Part shown: in pieces, positions 50,136-64,000 of the stretch
Position numbering within the stretch: position 1 is the stretch's first letter
Layout of the letters: each line of letters starts with the position of its first letter
Assembly (NCBI GenBank): GCA_964016885.1
Contig: OZ024741.1
Span: forward strand, 104,656,001-104,720,000
DNA: 64,000 bases
Direction of reading: 5' to 3'
DNA from: Eledone cirrhosa
Taxonomy: Eukaryota
The notes under the pieces: generated by a model
Database searches by the model: none
The model's input: only the letters and a program-made list of their open reading frames with translations
Told to the model about the DNA's origin: nothing
Program-made: the position numbers and the translations under genes

Positions 50136-53100
50136 CAGTCCACGCGATCAGTCGCATATTTTGGCGTGGGAGACTATTTTTTAAATTTAAGATGAATGCT
50201 ATCTCCGACAGTAATGCCACAACTACAGCCAGGTTGAATAACTCGTTATTCTTCTAACTATCCCTTCTGAAGACACCTTTTATTCGAATTCGTAGAGATA
50301 TCCGACTAAATACATCATTCATTTTACAAGGATTTGCTACAAATAGCATGGCTGAACACAACATCAACAAGAAAATTAAGGAAGTATCGAAGACAAATAA
50401 CAAAGAAGGTAATCAAACTTTATTCAGTTGTAGCTACAGAAGAAACCGAAATTATAAATCGCATTTCTCTTGGAGTTGCGAACTTAATAATGATTTATTT
50501 AATTGTTATAAAATGGCAAAAAACAATCCCTCCATTGGCTATATGAATAGAATGAAGCTACACTGGGACGAAATGCACCCAGAGCTAAATTATTTCACAG
50601 CGAAACAATTACGCCAACAAGCGACGTTTGTTGAACGTAAAAATAAGATAAATATTATTAATTGTAAGTCCCCACAACAAACATGGAATCAACAACACGT
50701 GCTACAGATCGCCATGCTACTAGACTTCCTAGCAGCCAGGTCGAACAGTGCCTTGAAACAACTATGCCTGTACCATCTAAGTCTACCTCGAATGCTGGGG
50801 AAAACACTATCGATAATAATAATAATCGAAGAAATAATAATAATAATCGAATAAATGTGACACCACGTATACCATCTGAGTCTACCTCGACTGTTGTGGA
50901 AAATACTATCGATAATGATAATCAAAAGTATAAACAATTGAAAATTTCCCTCAACGAAATCTTCCAGAGAGAAATTAACTCATGTATAAATATCTCTCTG
51001 GCTGAACGTGTTAAAATGACAATGGTGAATAAAAAACCAAATAATGAAATACTACGTGTTATTGACGAAATAGGGATGAATATTTACGACGGATAAAAAC
51101 CCCAACATTTTGGCAAATCAACGCCTGTTTATATGCCTTAGCAATGACAGTGAAGCATTATCTTGGTGATAGCAGAGATATTAACAAGAACAAAACACCA
51201 CCAAAAATACCATCATATATAACTAAAATAGAAAAAAAGAGTGCTGACCTACGAAAAAAACATAGGACATGTGATAATGCTCCTTAGATGCAAACAAACA
51301 CAAAAAAACCTCACTCACCAACAAAGAGTGAAAAATAAAATAGAGACGATGTTTGGTAACAGTAGAACCAGAACTCTCCAATATAAGCTGATCACCCTCA
51401 AACAAGAATTGACAGCTGTTAGCGAAAAACGCCGATACCTGAAGAAGGTAGATGAGAGAAAAATGCTTAATAAAAGATTCAGACGAAACCAAACATCAGT
51501 CTATAGAGATATGAAGGGCAAAATAATAAGTGTCACTGAGGCCCCATCCCAGAAAGACATAGATTCCTTTTGGAGAAAAATATGGGGTGAAAAGAAGAAT
51601 TTCAACCAAGATGCAGTGTGGCTAAGAGAAATCCGAAAGAACTATTGCTCCTACACTACAACAAAAACATACGAAATAAGTGAGGGTACCCTTGAGACTG
51701 TGATAGGAAAACTCCAAGATAAGAAAACACCAGGAAGAGACATGATTGTCGGCTACTGGTACAAAAAACTAATATTCTATCGGAGGTATCTTACTGACCA
51801 ACAAGTTCTTAAGGGAGATACACTTATACCAGAATGGTTGACATTAGCACAAACGTTACTGGTCCCCAAGAGCAAAGACACCCACTTGGCAAAAAACTAC
51901 CGACCCGTTGCATGCCAGAACCTAATGTATAAGATGTATACAGCCTGCCTCAACCTATTCCTCCAAGATCACTGTGAAAATAATAACATCATCACAGATG
52001 AACAAGCAGCTGGAAAGAAAAGGGTTTGGGGATGTGCTGAACAACTCCTAATCAACAAAACTGCGATGTCGGAGGTGCGACAACTTAGGAGGAATATGAC
52101 TACAGTCTGGCTGGACTACAAGAAAGCTTTCGATTCTGTTCCCCACTCTTGGATGATAGAGGCCCTCCAACTTGCTAAAGTCCCAGACATTATTGTCAGA
52201 GCCATAGAGAGGCTGTCTTCTTCTTGGGCTACTATCCTAAGGTTAAAGACAGAGAGGGAGGACTCTATTTTCACTGATAAAATAAAATATTGCAGGGGTA
52301 TATTTCAGGGGGACAGTCTCTCTGTGATATTGTTCATCTTGTCATTAAACCCCTTGTCCTTTCTGCTCAAGAAATGTGAGGGATACGTCATTGGCTCACA
52401 GGATGACAGAAATACGAACCTAACCCATAACTTCTTTGTGGACGATCTGAAACTCTATGCCAAGAACATGGATGGGATGAAGAAAAATCTTGACCTGGTT
52501 ACAACGTTCTCAAAGGATATAGGAATGGAGTTTGGCCAAGATAAATGCTCATACATGACTGTAAAGCGGGGAAAAACAACAACCCAATCTAGCAACATTG
52601 TCATCAATGGTCTAACTGTTTCACCGATATCTGATGAGGACTGCTACAGATACCTGGGGATAAATGAGAACATATCCTATAATGGTATCTGTAATAAAGA
52701 ACGCGTAACCAGGGAATAATACACCCGATTAAGAAAAATCTGGTCATCGGAACTCTCTGCGCAAAACAAAACAGTGGCTCACAATGTGTTTGCTGTGCCT
52801 GTCCTAACACCAACGTTTGGAATACTCAATTGGACGATAGACGAAATCCGAGCAGTTGATGTTGGAACTCGAAAAATACTGAACAACACCGGAAACTTCC
52901 ACATCAACAGTGACATAGACCGCCTTTACTTGAAACGTAGGCAGGGAGGCAGAGGCCTAACATCAGTCCAGACAACATTTGAATGTCGCATCATATCTCT
53001 TCGACAACATCTACGAACCTCGAAGCGTAGGAGCCCGCTTCTCGAGCAAGTCTATCTGCATGAAACAGATAAGATCATGAGAGTTGGGAAGGAACTCCTT

Positions 53101-54236
53101 GAGAGATATTCCCTGTGTGATAATCAAAAACTCACACCCAGGGATGTCGCTCAGCAGTATCGCAGTGAATCCATGGATGAAAAACTGCATGCCTATCAGC
53201 AAAAAATCATGCATGGATATGTTGCCAGGAAGCTCCAGAGTGAGAGTAATATAGATAAGGAAAGTAGTCTATCTTGGACCAACAACCGCTATATTGGCTC
53301 CCACTTTGAAGGATACGCTTTTGCAATCCAAGAACAGGAGATTAGCACGAAATACCTGATTCACAAAAGTGATAGGGATGCAGCCAAAACACCTAGATGT
53401 GATAACAAGTGCAGACTCTGCAGAACTAACATCGAGGATATCACCCATGTCATCAGCAGCTGCCCAAAGATGTCATCGCGGTACTATCTACCTATGAGGC
53501 ATGATGTAGTGGCCAAAACACTGTACAATGCAGTTCGTAAAAAAAGATAGCCCTGATGATAAACACATTAAAAGCTACAATAATGTGGAAGACATCCATG
53601 TACATAATATGAAAGAGTACTGGTGGAATGTTCCAGTAAAAACCCCAATAAAATGCAGGCATAACAGACATTATGATATGGGACAGGGAGAAGAAAACAT
53701 GCACAGTAGTGGAAATTAGCTGTCCAGCAGATGCCAATATAATATCAAAGATTAGTGAAAAGGAGAATATTTATGCAGAACTGATGAGAAATCTGCAGAT
53801 ACTCCACCCTGATTACACCTTCAGATTTATGCCTGTGATTATTGGGGCACTGGGATAGGTTAGTAACTGCCTCAATACAAATCTTGAGAAGCTAGGCTTC
53901 ACAGGAACAGAAAGAACACAACTAGTTAGAAAATTACAAGTACAATCCATTAATGGAACAGTAAAAATTTGTGAAACATTCCAAAAATTTTGCATCTAAT
54001 AACTGCATATACACATGTACAGATACAAAGCATATACACATGCACACATACAACTCAAAACATACACATCCACACATACAATAACATCCATATCTACACA
54101 TGCATGCATGCAGACATACATACATATCTACCTAGTTGATGTTGTGTAAATTCCAATGAGAGAGTCTTGTGTCTATGTTAGAAACCGACTCTCTCTTTAT
54201 TGGTAAAACTTTGTGAAATTATAAAACCAGAAGAAC
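50136..54236 (+). mobile_element. Near full-length RLE-type non-LTR retrotransposon (R4/Dong clade), defective
   Basis: Single ORF in pieces 50348-53999: KNYRPVAC, WLDYKKAFDSVPHSW, RGIFQGDSLS, FFVDDLKLY, GGRGL, CRLC...HVISSC, RHD, HNR.DIMIWD...VVEISCP. Both flanks are (CATA)n. Confidence 0.92.
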
Positions 54237-54339
54237 ATACATACATACATACATACATACATACATACATACATACATACATACATACATACATACATAC
54301 ATACATACATACATACATACATACATACATACATACATA

Positions 54340-54596
54340 CTTCATACCCATCATTATTGGTGCTACGGGTTATATACCAACCCGCTTGGACCAAAGTATG
54401 ACCGAACTTGGATTTGCGGACAAAAAGCGCAGCTCCCTAATTCATAGTCTACAAATGGCTGCGATAGCTGGCACCTTCAAAATATGCAAAACATTCTTGC
54501 GATTCAAGGGATGACAATTTCTTTTCTTTTACAACCTTGCCACCAGGAAGGTGGCCGGTCAAAAAAATATACTCGAAATTAAGAGAAAGAGAAAAC
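54340..54596 (+). mobile_element. 3' end of a second R4/Dong-like family
   Basis: FIPIIIGATGYIP...LQMAAIAGTFKICKTFL* is homologous to the C-terminus at 53820-53999; flanked by (CATA)n. Confidence 0.8.
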
Positions 54597-54808
54597 ATAC
54601 ATACATACATACATACATACGGACAGACAGACACATAGACATAAATACAGACATACATGCATGCAAACATTCACACAAACACACACACATACACACATAC
54701 GTACTCACACATTCACATATACATAAACACATTCATACATACACACATACATATGTATGTACTTATATAATATGTACATACATACATAAATACATACATA
54801 CATACATA

Positions 54809-55574
54809 TGTAGCGAAATCTGTCCGCGCCTTGAACCATGGGTGACACCTAAAGGTCAAATTCTAGGTCAACACCCTTTTACAGTAGACAGGTTGATGTG
54901 TTGACTATTCCCTCAAGGTGGGAGACAGGAAGTGACAGCTATATATAGAGCCTGTACCATCCTACTTTGGCGAGATACATCGGAGCATTACACCTATAAC
55001 AAACTATGTAAGGATTCACTGCTATCAATAGACCCCGGTGGTCTACAGCCAGAGACATCGGAGCATTACGCTAGCAACTAACTATGTAAGGATTCACTGC
55101 TATCAACAGACCCCAGTGGTCTACAGAAATAGAGACATCGGAGCACACCACTACAGAACAAGCAATGTGAAAGATTCACCACTATCAACAGACTCCATGA
55201 GGTCTACAGATACACCCAGAACGATTGGAGCCCTACTACTACAGAACACAAATGTGGAAGATTCACCGCTGTCTGCAGGCCACGGTGGTTCACAGTTACT
55301 ACAGACCATAACAGAGGTATACAAACCATATCTCTCTCTCTTACTCAATACGGTCTCAGAATTACTACCACCGATTCCAAATTCCAACAACAACATTATC
55401 TGTTTGCTCGCTGTTTTCACATCAAAAACATTGTCAACCTTAACAACTCTTGGTAACTGTTTTTATATGTACTTTTTAATTGATTCACGTGAAGTAAACC
55501 ATATATCAACCAAATCATTTATTCTCTATATTCTCGTTATTGCATTTATAAATACTAATACCCTTCGTTGAACA
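54809..55574 (+). mobile_element. Probable solo LTR
   Basis: TGTAGCGAA...TTCGTTGAACA termini, TATA-like CTATATATAG at ~54939, internal ~79-bp repeats, TACATA on both sides. Confidence 0.6.
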
Positions 55575-55605
55575 TACATATGTTAGTAACTGTTAGTTAG
55601 GGTAT

Positions 55606-55976
55606 GTTAGTAACTGCCTCAATACAAATCTTGAGAAGCGAGGCTTCACAGGAACAGAAAGAACACAACTAGTTAAGAAATTACAAGTACAATCCATTAA
55701 TGGAATAGTAAAAATATGTCAAATAGTAAAAACATTCCAAACATTTTGCATCTAATAACTGCATATACACATGTACAGATGCAAAGCATATACACATGCA
55801 CACATACAACTAAAAACATCCACATCCACACACAATAACATCCATATCTACACATGCATACATACATATCTACCTAGTTGATGTGTAAATTCCAATGGGA
55901 GAGTCTTGTGTCTATGTTAGAAACCGACTCTCTCTTTATTTTGAAAAAATTTGTGAAATTATAAAACGAGAAGAAC
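55606..55976 (+). mobile_element. 5'-truncated copy of the first R4/Dong element (3' end)
   Basis: Matches 53859-54236; ends GAAGAA|CATACAT. Confidence 0.88.
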
Positions 55977-56409
55977 ATACATATGTACCTATGTATATAC
56001 ATACGCACATACATACACTCACACACTCACACATACACACACACATACACACTCATACACATATACACACATACATACATACGTACGTACATACATACAT
56101 TCACACACACATACACACACATACATACACATTCATATATATATGTACTTACGTACATATATATATATGTACTTACGTACATAGATAATATGTACATAAA
56201 TACGTACGTACATGCATACATTCACACATACACACATACGCACATTCATACACACACATACACACACACATATACCCATACATACGTACGTACATACATA
56301 CGTACGTATATACATACGTACATATATACGTATATACGTTCATACGTATGTACATAGAAACATGTACATACGTGCATACGTATGTACATTATGTCGTACA
56401 TAAGTGTGT

Positions 56410-57535
56410 GTCAGGATCAGGATATATAAAGGAGCCAGGACCAAATGGACAAAGATTGTAGAAATTAGATGCGAATGGGACTTGTATAGGAGCAAATTTT
56501 GGAATAAAATAGAAAGAATTAAGAAAAAGACTGTAGCGGTTGTCTCCCTTGTTTTGATTGGGATCTAGACGGGAAGTAGAACCCTTTCTGCAACTTCCGG
56601 TCAGAGCCCTATAAAACTAACAACTTTAAGCTCTCTCTCTCTCATTGCCTTTTCGGCACCAGGTCAAGAGCCTCTCATTTAGCTCTGCCATTCATTTGGC
56701 CAACAGGCGCCTGGCCTTAGCCAGGCGTCCTCTGCCAGCCGCGTTTGCCTGGCAATCAAAACGGTAACTACTAACTTTGCTTCATTCTATCAACCTCATC
56801 TTTGACATGTCAACTATACTATCTACCATTGTTAATTAAATATTATACAAACAAACAATGTATTCCTTGTTACATTCATACAACCCAGTATTCCCGCTAT
56901 AAGACCATAAAATCAACACATGGTATGGTAGCAATAAATAACAGAGTGTACTGTTCGTTAATGCATCTCCCAGAAGTACAATAGCTTACAGATTTAGAAG
57001 GGCTCCAGACAAACACAAATTAAATACTAAGAAAGTTGAAAGACCAGGCATTCCCACAAAAGCCCTAATTATTAGAACATATCCGTTTATAAAAAAACAA
57101 TGCACTGATAGGAAATTAAATCTACAAACTAACTGCGAAACTAGGAACGTAGTATATAGCATAAGATGTACTGAGGGATAGCGTAGGAATTCTTACATAG
57201 GTGAGCCAGCCCGTAGCACAGAAGAAAGAATAAATGAACACTGGCGAGAACTCCAAGACGGTAAAAACTCATCAGTACTCTACCAACATAGAGAACATAA
57301 AGATAAAAATTATATCCACACACAGAAAAGACGCAATGCTCTGACAAATTACAGAATTGACAAACATAAACGAGCTCCAACCAAAATTTAACAGAAAACA
57401 TGAGTGGAATAGCAACAACATCACAACTAGTAATTAAGGACAAGATAAAGACAAACAGAAGCACCCAACTAATAAAACAAACCACACACACAGATAGAAC
57501 AAGTAATCAACTAGTGAACCAACAGGTGCGTGTGT
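56410..57535 (+). mobile_element. Degenerate PLE fragment (family A/B-like), interrupted by a solo LTR
   Basis: Similar to 16250-16960 (TATAAAGGAGCCAG.ACCAAATGG, GTATAGGAGCAAATTTTGGAAT, TACATAGGTGAG.CAGC.CGTAG). Confidence 0.8.
56532..56901 (+). mobile_element. Solo LTR (Gypsy-like)
   Basis: TGTAGCGG...CCGCTATA termini, 4-bp TSD AGAC, CTATAAAA box at ~56609, ATTAAA near the 3' end; the PLE sequence resumes after it. Confidence 0.8.
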
Positions 57536-57702
57536 TTACATGGTTATTTATATGACTACGTCAGATGCTTACGCAATTATAGGTGCAGTTATGCAATGAT
57601 TGTGATATGCCGGTGGTCATGCACGTCTATGAATAACCATGTAACAGAAATATATATCATTCAATAAATAATTGTGGTGATTTAATCTCGTCTTAACTAC
57701 CA

Positions 57703-57820
57703 TTATTTGTCAGTGTTGAACAAAAGGGCAACGATGGCTGCTAAACATTGTATGGCTTAATTCGGGATGTCTGTTTACAAACAAACCGAGCATTATAATA
57801 AATGCTCGGTAAATCCATAC

Positions 57821-57867
<47 letters not shown>

Positions 57868-58417
57868 CATATATGTATATATATACATACTACTGTACGT
57901 CTGTATACATATATGTATGTACGTATACATACTTATATTTAAGTAACAGCCGTACTAAGAGAGAGAAATGAAATTTCGTTTCCTTTTTTTCCATTTATCG
58001 ATTTCGGTGCGCCCGGCCGATTAACTCACTCGATATGCAAATTAGGCTGCTCAGCCGTTAATATGCATAAGGAAAGTATATACTTTCAGACGTTCAATCA
58101 TCTGGCAGGAAGGTATACGATGCTGACGATAGCTAATAAGCTTAAAAATAGTACCTCGTTCCTTTGTCAGTGTTGAACAAAAGGGTAACGATGGTTGCTA
58201 AACACTGTACGGCTTAATTCGGGATGTTTGTTCACAAACAAACCGAGCATTATAATGCTCGGTAAATCCATACGTACATATATATGTGTGTGCATGTATG
58301 TATATATATACATACTACTGTACGTCTGTATACATATATGTATGTACGTATACATATTTACATTTAAGTAACAGCCGTACTAAAAGTGAGAAATGAAATT
58401 TCGTTTCATTTTTTTCC

Positions 58418-58423
<6 letters not shown>
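57703..58423 (+). repeat. Dispersed ~1.6-unit copy of the retrozyme-like monomer (HHR degenerate at 58123)
   Basis: Same monomer as 26511-32508; CTGACGA intact but GAAAC changed to AAAAA. Confidence 0.88.
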
Positions 58424-58462
<39 letters not shown>

Positions 58463-58469
<7 letters not shown>

Positions 58470-58746
58470 ATACTTTGGGAGGGTCATGTTGCCAATAAGA
58501 AACACACGCACCCATTGCTTTCACTTCAATTTATTATAATAAATTTATAAATTTAGGAATTTATAAATTTCTGGTTGGTTGGTTGGTTCCACAACCAGAT
58601 AGTTGTTTATATATTGTCAAAGTTCTTTCGTCACACATTCTGTGACCTCTTCAGTGACTGGGGATTCTTTTCTTTGTTTTTGTGCCTCTCCTTTGTTCTG
58701 TCCTACGCCATTTTGTTTCTGTGGGACACACACAGAAACAAAATGG
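58463..58746 (-). mobile_element. PLE family-B pLTR with HHR and a short fold-back junction
   Basis: Matches 15736-16010; HHR (minus) GTCA-CTGAAGA-G-GTCACA-GAATG-TGTGAC-GAAA-GAAC-TT-TGAC at ~58613-58658. Confidence 0.88.
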
Positions 58747-59610
58747 TGTCGTTGTTGTTGGTGGTGTTGTTGTTGTTGGTGGTGTCGTTGTTGGTGGTGG
58801 TGTCGTTGTTGTTGTTGGTGTCGTTGTTGTTGTTGGTGTCGTTGTTGTTGTTGGTGTCGTTGTTGTTGGTGGTGTCGTTGTTGTTGTTGGTGTCGTTGTT
58901 GGTGGTGGTGTCGTTGTTGTTGGTGGTGTCGTTGTTGGTGGTGGTGTCGTTGTTGGTGGTGTCGTTGTTGTTGGTGGTGTCGTTGTTGTTGGTGGTGTCG
59001 TTGTTGGTGGTGGTGTCGTTGTTGTTGGTGGTGGTGTCGTTGTTGTTGGTGGTGTCGTTGTTGGTGGTGGTGTCGTTGTTGTTGGTGGTGTCGTTGTTAG
59101 TGGTGGTGTCGTTGTTGTTGGTGGTGTCGTTGTTGTTGGTGGTGTCGTTGTTGTTGGTGGTGTCGTTGTTAGTGGTGGTGTCGTTATTGTTGGTGGTGTC
59201 GTTGTTGTTGGTGGTGTCGTTGTTGTTGGTGGTGTCGTTGTTGGTATGGTGTCGTTGTTGGTGGTGGTGTCGTTATTGTTGGTGGTGTCGTTGTTGTTGG
59301 TGGTGTCGTTGTTGGTATGGTGTCGTTGTTGGTGGTGGTGTCGTTGTTGTTGGTGGTGTCGTTGTTGGTGGTGGTGTCGTTATTGTTGGTGGTGTCGTTG
59401 TTGTTGGTGGTGTCGTTGTTGTTGGTGGTGTCGTTGTTGGTGGTGGTGTCGTTGTTGGTATGGTGTCGTTGTTGGTGGTGGTGTCGTTGTTGTTGGTGGT
59501 GTCGTTGTTGTTGGTGGTGTCGTTGTTGGTATGGTGTCGTTGTTGGTGGTGGTGTCGTTGTTGCTGGTGGTGTCGTTGTTGGTGGTGGTGTCGTTATTGT
59601 TGGTGGTGTC
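58744..59610. repeat. Second tract of the GTC(GTT)n(GGT)n repeat
   Basis: Same unit grammar as 35932-48690, plus frame-breaking GGTATGGTG variants. Confidence 0.93.
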
Positions 59611-60050
59611 AGGAAGTTATAACGTAACAACTAAGATAAACAACACTCTTCTGAACTATATATATATATATTACTTTAACAACCATAGCCAAGGGATATA
59701 TACATCCGATATGGGAGGCCCTATATTATGGCTTGCTCTGTCAGAAATAGCAGCCAAATTTCCCATAAATATTTTACTTATTTGAACAAAAAGCCTTAAA
59801 ATAAACAGCCGTTTAGTATTCGTTAAAAGAGAAATCATTGATCGTCTATATAGAACAGCTCTAAGGGAAATAACTCTTTCTTCTGCAACAACTATTGTTG
59901 GAGTAGTTTCCCTTGCTATAAACGTGATTACTCGAAACAACTCTACACACACACTGTTTTATGTGGTTTTAAGTATTAAGTTTATAAGTGAAATAGAAAG
60001 ATGACTAACCTCTAGTATGCTTATAGTGATTCATCTATTTATCATTATCG

Positions 60051-60237
60051 GTGGATTGGCAGTATCGGTAGAGGGTCGGACGCCATGCTTTGACGCATAG
60101 AGTTACGGCCCTTATCATTCTGAGTTCAAATCCCGCCGAGGTTAACTTTACCTTTCATCCTTACGGGGTTGATAAAATAAAGTACCAGTAATGCACTGGA
60201 TAATTGCTGGCCTTGTGCAAAAAGTAGAAACAATTAT
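60051..60237 (+). mobile_element. S1 SINE
   Basis: Near-identical to 15536-15731. Confidence 0.88.
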
Positions 60238-60559
60238 TTATTTATGTTTTCGCCATTTGATTATAATTAAAAGTAAGAAAAAATTTTTTTTTCTCTGTTC
60301 CTGGCTTGTAATCAATTTTTTTTGTGTTGCTTAGATCACAAATAAATAAAAAAAAGTGCTATTAAACAGTTAAAAGTTTGAGTTTGTAAAAATTCTAAGC
60401 TATTCACTAGAGTTATTTGTATGCTGGATTTTACGTTGTATGTAAGTTTAATTTGCTTATGTTAAATGATTTTTTTTATATATGTTTCAGGTTAAATTAA
60501 AATTATAAAATAAAGAGTAATACATAAAGAAAATTATAAAAGTGCAATAAAGTATAAAA

Positions 60560-61780
60560 TTGTTAAAAAGTGAATTAAAGAGATTTATTGATACTGGGGT
60601 ACAAGAAAAAGTTCCTCACTTCCCAAACCAAAAAGAAGTCAATGACTTGGTCAGGGATATGGGTCTGACCAAGTCCAATGCAGAGCTATTCGTCTCCAGG
60701 ATGAAGCAGTGGAACTTGGTCAAGGAGGAAGTGCAGGTGACAAGTCAGAGAAGTCGACACGAACCTTTCTCAGGCTTTTACACTCTTAGGGATGGCCTCT
60801 GCTTCTGCCATGACGTGCCTGGACTGTTTGACGTTATTGGGGTGCCGTTTGTGCCCAAGGAGTGGCGGCTATTTATAGACAGCTCCACCACAAGTTTGAA
60901 GGCTGTCCTCCTCCACAATGGAAACAAGTTCAGGACACTACCCCTAGCTCATTCAGTCTGCCTGAAGGAAGATTACTACAGTGTAAAAGTCCTCTTGGAA
61001 GCTCTGCAATACAACCAGTACAATTGGGAAATCACTGGAGACTTCAAGATGGTGGCTTTCCTGCTTGGACTCCAAGGAGGCTTTATCAAATTCCAATGCT
61101 TCCTCTGCCTTTGGGACAGCAGAGCCACCTCTGACCATTACAAAAGAAAGAACTGGGAGGAGCGAACTTAATTTGTAGTTGGGACCCGGAACGTCATGTG
61201 GGAGCCACTGGTTGATCCCAGGATTGTGCTCATGCTGCCACTGCACATTAAGTTGGGGTTGATGAAGCAGTTTGTGAAGGCTCTCAACCAAGAATCAGCC
61301 GCTTTTAAGTACCTTCTTGAGTTCTTCCCCAAGTTATCTGAGGCCAAAATCAAAGGTGGAATTTTTGTTGGACCTCAGATAAAGAAGGTGTTTGAGTCTA
61401 CCGAGTTCTCCAATAAGCTCAATAGGATTGAGAGAACAGCATGGAACTGTTTCAAGGCAGTTGTTAAGGGCTTCCTGGGCAACTACAGAGCTGAAAACTA
61501 CCAGCAACTGGTGCAGGATCTGATAAAGGCTTTTGGCGCCATGGGATGCAGGATGTCGCTTAAACTCCATATGATGGACGCTCACCTGGAAAAATTCAAG
61601 GACAATATGGGCGCCTACTCAGAAGAACAAGGCGAACGATTCCACCAAGATGTGAAAGAGATAGAGCGGAGGTACCAGGGCCACTACAATGAAAAAATGA
61701 TGGGGGACTATATCTGGGGGCTAGTGCGGGAATGCGACCTGGACTACAACCGCAAATCCAGGAAATTCAGTCATTTCTGA
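60560..61780 (+). pseudogene. Chapaev3-like (CMC superfamily) transposase, one premature stop at ~61169, N-terminus missing
   Basis: WRLFIDSS..SLKAVLLHNGN, GDFKMV, CFLCLWDSR, PLHIKLGLMKQFVKAL, SEEQGERFHQD; right end GTTACACGGTG|TTA at 62064 fits CAC termini with a TWA target. Confidence 0.75.
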
Positions 61781-62962
61781 CGTGTATAAATTGCTTTATA
61801 AGTGTTATTTGTTTTTACTTGTTTGCTTTTGATAAGCTTGTGTAATAAAATAAATATATACTCTGTTGATTTAATTATATGAACTGATAAATTTTAAAAA
61901 AATGTGTTTTTTCTTGAAAAATATGAAAATTTTGAAATATCAAACTCCTGACCACAAACCCAAACTTCTGATTAAATAATAGTGTTTTTTAAAAATAATA
62001 ATGGGATATAATAAACCAGTAAATGACACTTAGAACCGGGGAACAAAAAATATGTTACACGGTGTTATCTGGGTCAGACTAAAAACTAACCGATACTCTA
62101 AACAACCTGTTTAAATAAGTTCTTAATGTTCTGCGTGCGCCACCACCCCTCTCCTCCCACTTCCCTCCTGACCACAACATCTCTGGAGACCTTACAAGAT
62201 CTCTTTGGACACCGGATTATACATGGATATTCCGACACACGTGAAAATAGCCTCGCACAAACGTACACACTCACATACATAGAAACAATATAAAAAGTTA
62301 CATACACCCAGGTACACACAAGCATACCCAAACACAAACATACGCACATATGTACACAAATCCATCCCTCTACAGATAATACAAAGCCATCAACACACGC
62401 GCAGACCCATATACACACACTCATCCGACACACGCGTGAAAATATATACACGCACACACAAACGTACACACTCACATAGATAGAAACAATTGAAAAAAAT
62501 CATATACACATGCATACGTGTGGAGACACATACACATAACCATCTGACACAAACGTGTATACACACACTCACACTCACATACAACTGATAAAAGCCCCAT
62601 ATACACACATACACACACGCATACACACACTCACGCGCACACACATGCACAAACAACAAAGAACTTATAGACACACACACATCAGTGTGCATACATGAAC
62701 AATATAAGACTCTGAGACACACGTGTTCACGCACACACACTGACTGAAGCAATGCACACCTACAGATTCCATCCCTTCGGCACACACACAGACACACACA
62801 TGACACACCTGGACCCTCTATTTCGGCCCCCACTCCCAAATACCGGACCTCTCGTCTACAACCCCAACCTATCAATCTCTCCTAACACCCTTTTCATAAC
62901 TTCCTTTCCTAACTTCTACACTCTACTTTCATGTATCTATCTGTTCTCTCCTTATCCGAAAT

Positions 62963-62996
62963 TTCCTGATGAAGGACATCCGTCCGAAATGTAGAA
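62963..62996 (+). ncRNA. Minimal type-I hammerhead at the end of a CA-rich PLE-like 3' tail (62066-63068)
   Basis: TTC-CTGATGA(62966)-A-GGAC-ATCC-GTCC-GAAA-TG-TA-GAA. Confidence 0.65.
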
Positions 62997-63090
62997 CCCT
63001 CCTCTAATTCCTCTAAGCGTGAACCTAACATGATATTGTATTTTTGCATCCCTGTTTTTTTTTATCAACTATATATATATATACATACAC

Positions 63091-64000
<910 letters not shown>

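Noticed and set aside
59671-59952. 93-aa minus-strand ORF as a host exon
   Set aside because: No recognisable motif or splice signals; cannot be supported

Overview
AT-rich animal genomic DNA full of (TA)n, (TG)n and (TACA)n microsatellites. The SINE families and repeat make-up suggest a cephalopod such as Octopus (inference only). No intact host gene is recognisable, and nearly all short ORFs in the track are microsatellite artefacts. The window holds decayed mobile elements: several Penelope-like elements (PLEs; RT + GIY-YIG, pseudo-LTRs with inverted heads), two L1/Tx1 LINE fragments, an R4/Dong-type RLE retrotransposon with two further 3' ends, all ending in (CATA)n, RTE-derived elements, tRNA-derived SINEs, Helitron fragments, a hAT/Buster element with an intact TSD, a mariner MITE, a Chapaev3-like element and two solo LTRs. 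There is also a 12.7-kb (GTT/GGT/GTC) compound repeat that reads as a Pro/Thr mucin-like ORF on the minus strand. The main hidden signal is RNA structure: about 30 type-I hammerhead ribozyme (HHR) motifs can be read directly from the sequence. Fifteen sit one per monomer in a 6-kb tandem array of ~410-430-bp and ~200-bp structured units (26.5-32.5 kb), which looks like a non-LTR retrozyme (circular-RNA-producing) array. A diverged 465-bp relative at 24.7-25.7 kb is inserted with a PLE-style inverted head. All calls were made by eye; no searches or folding programs were run.
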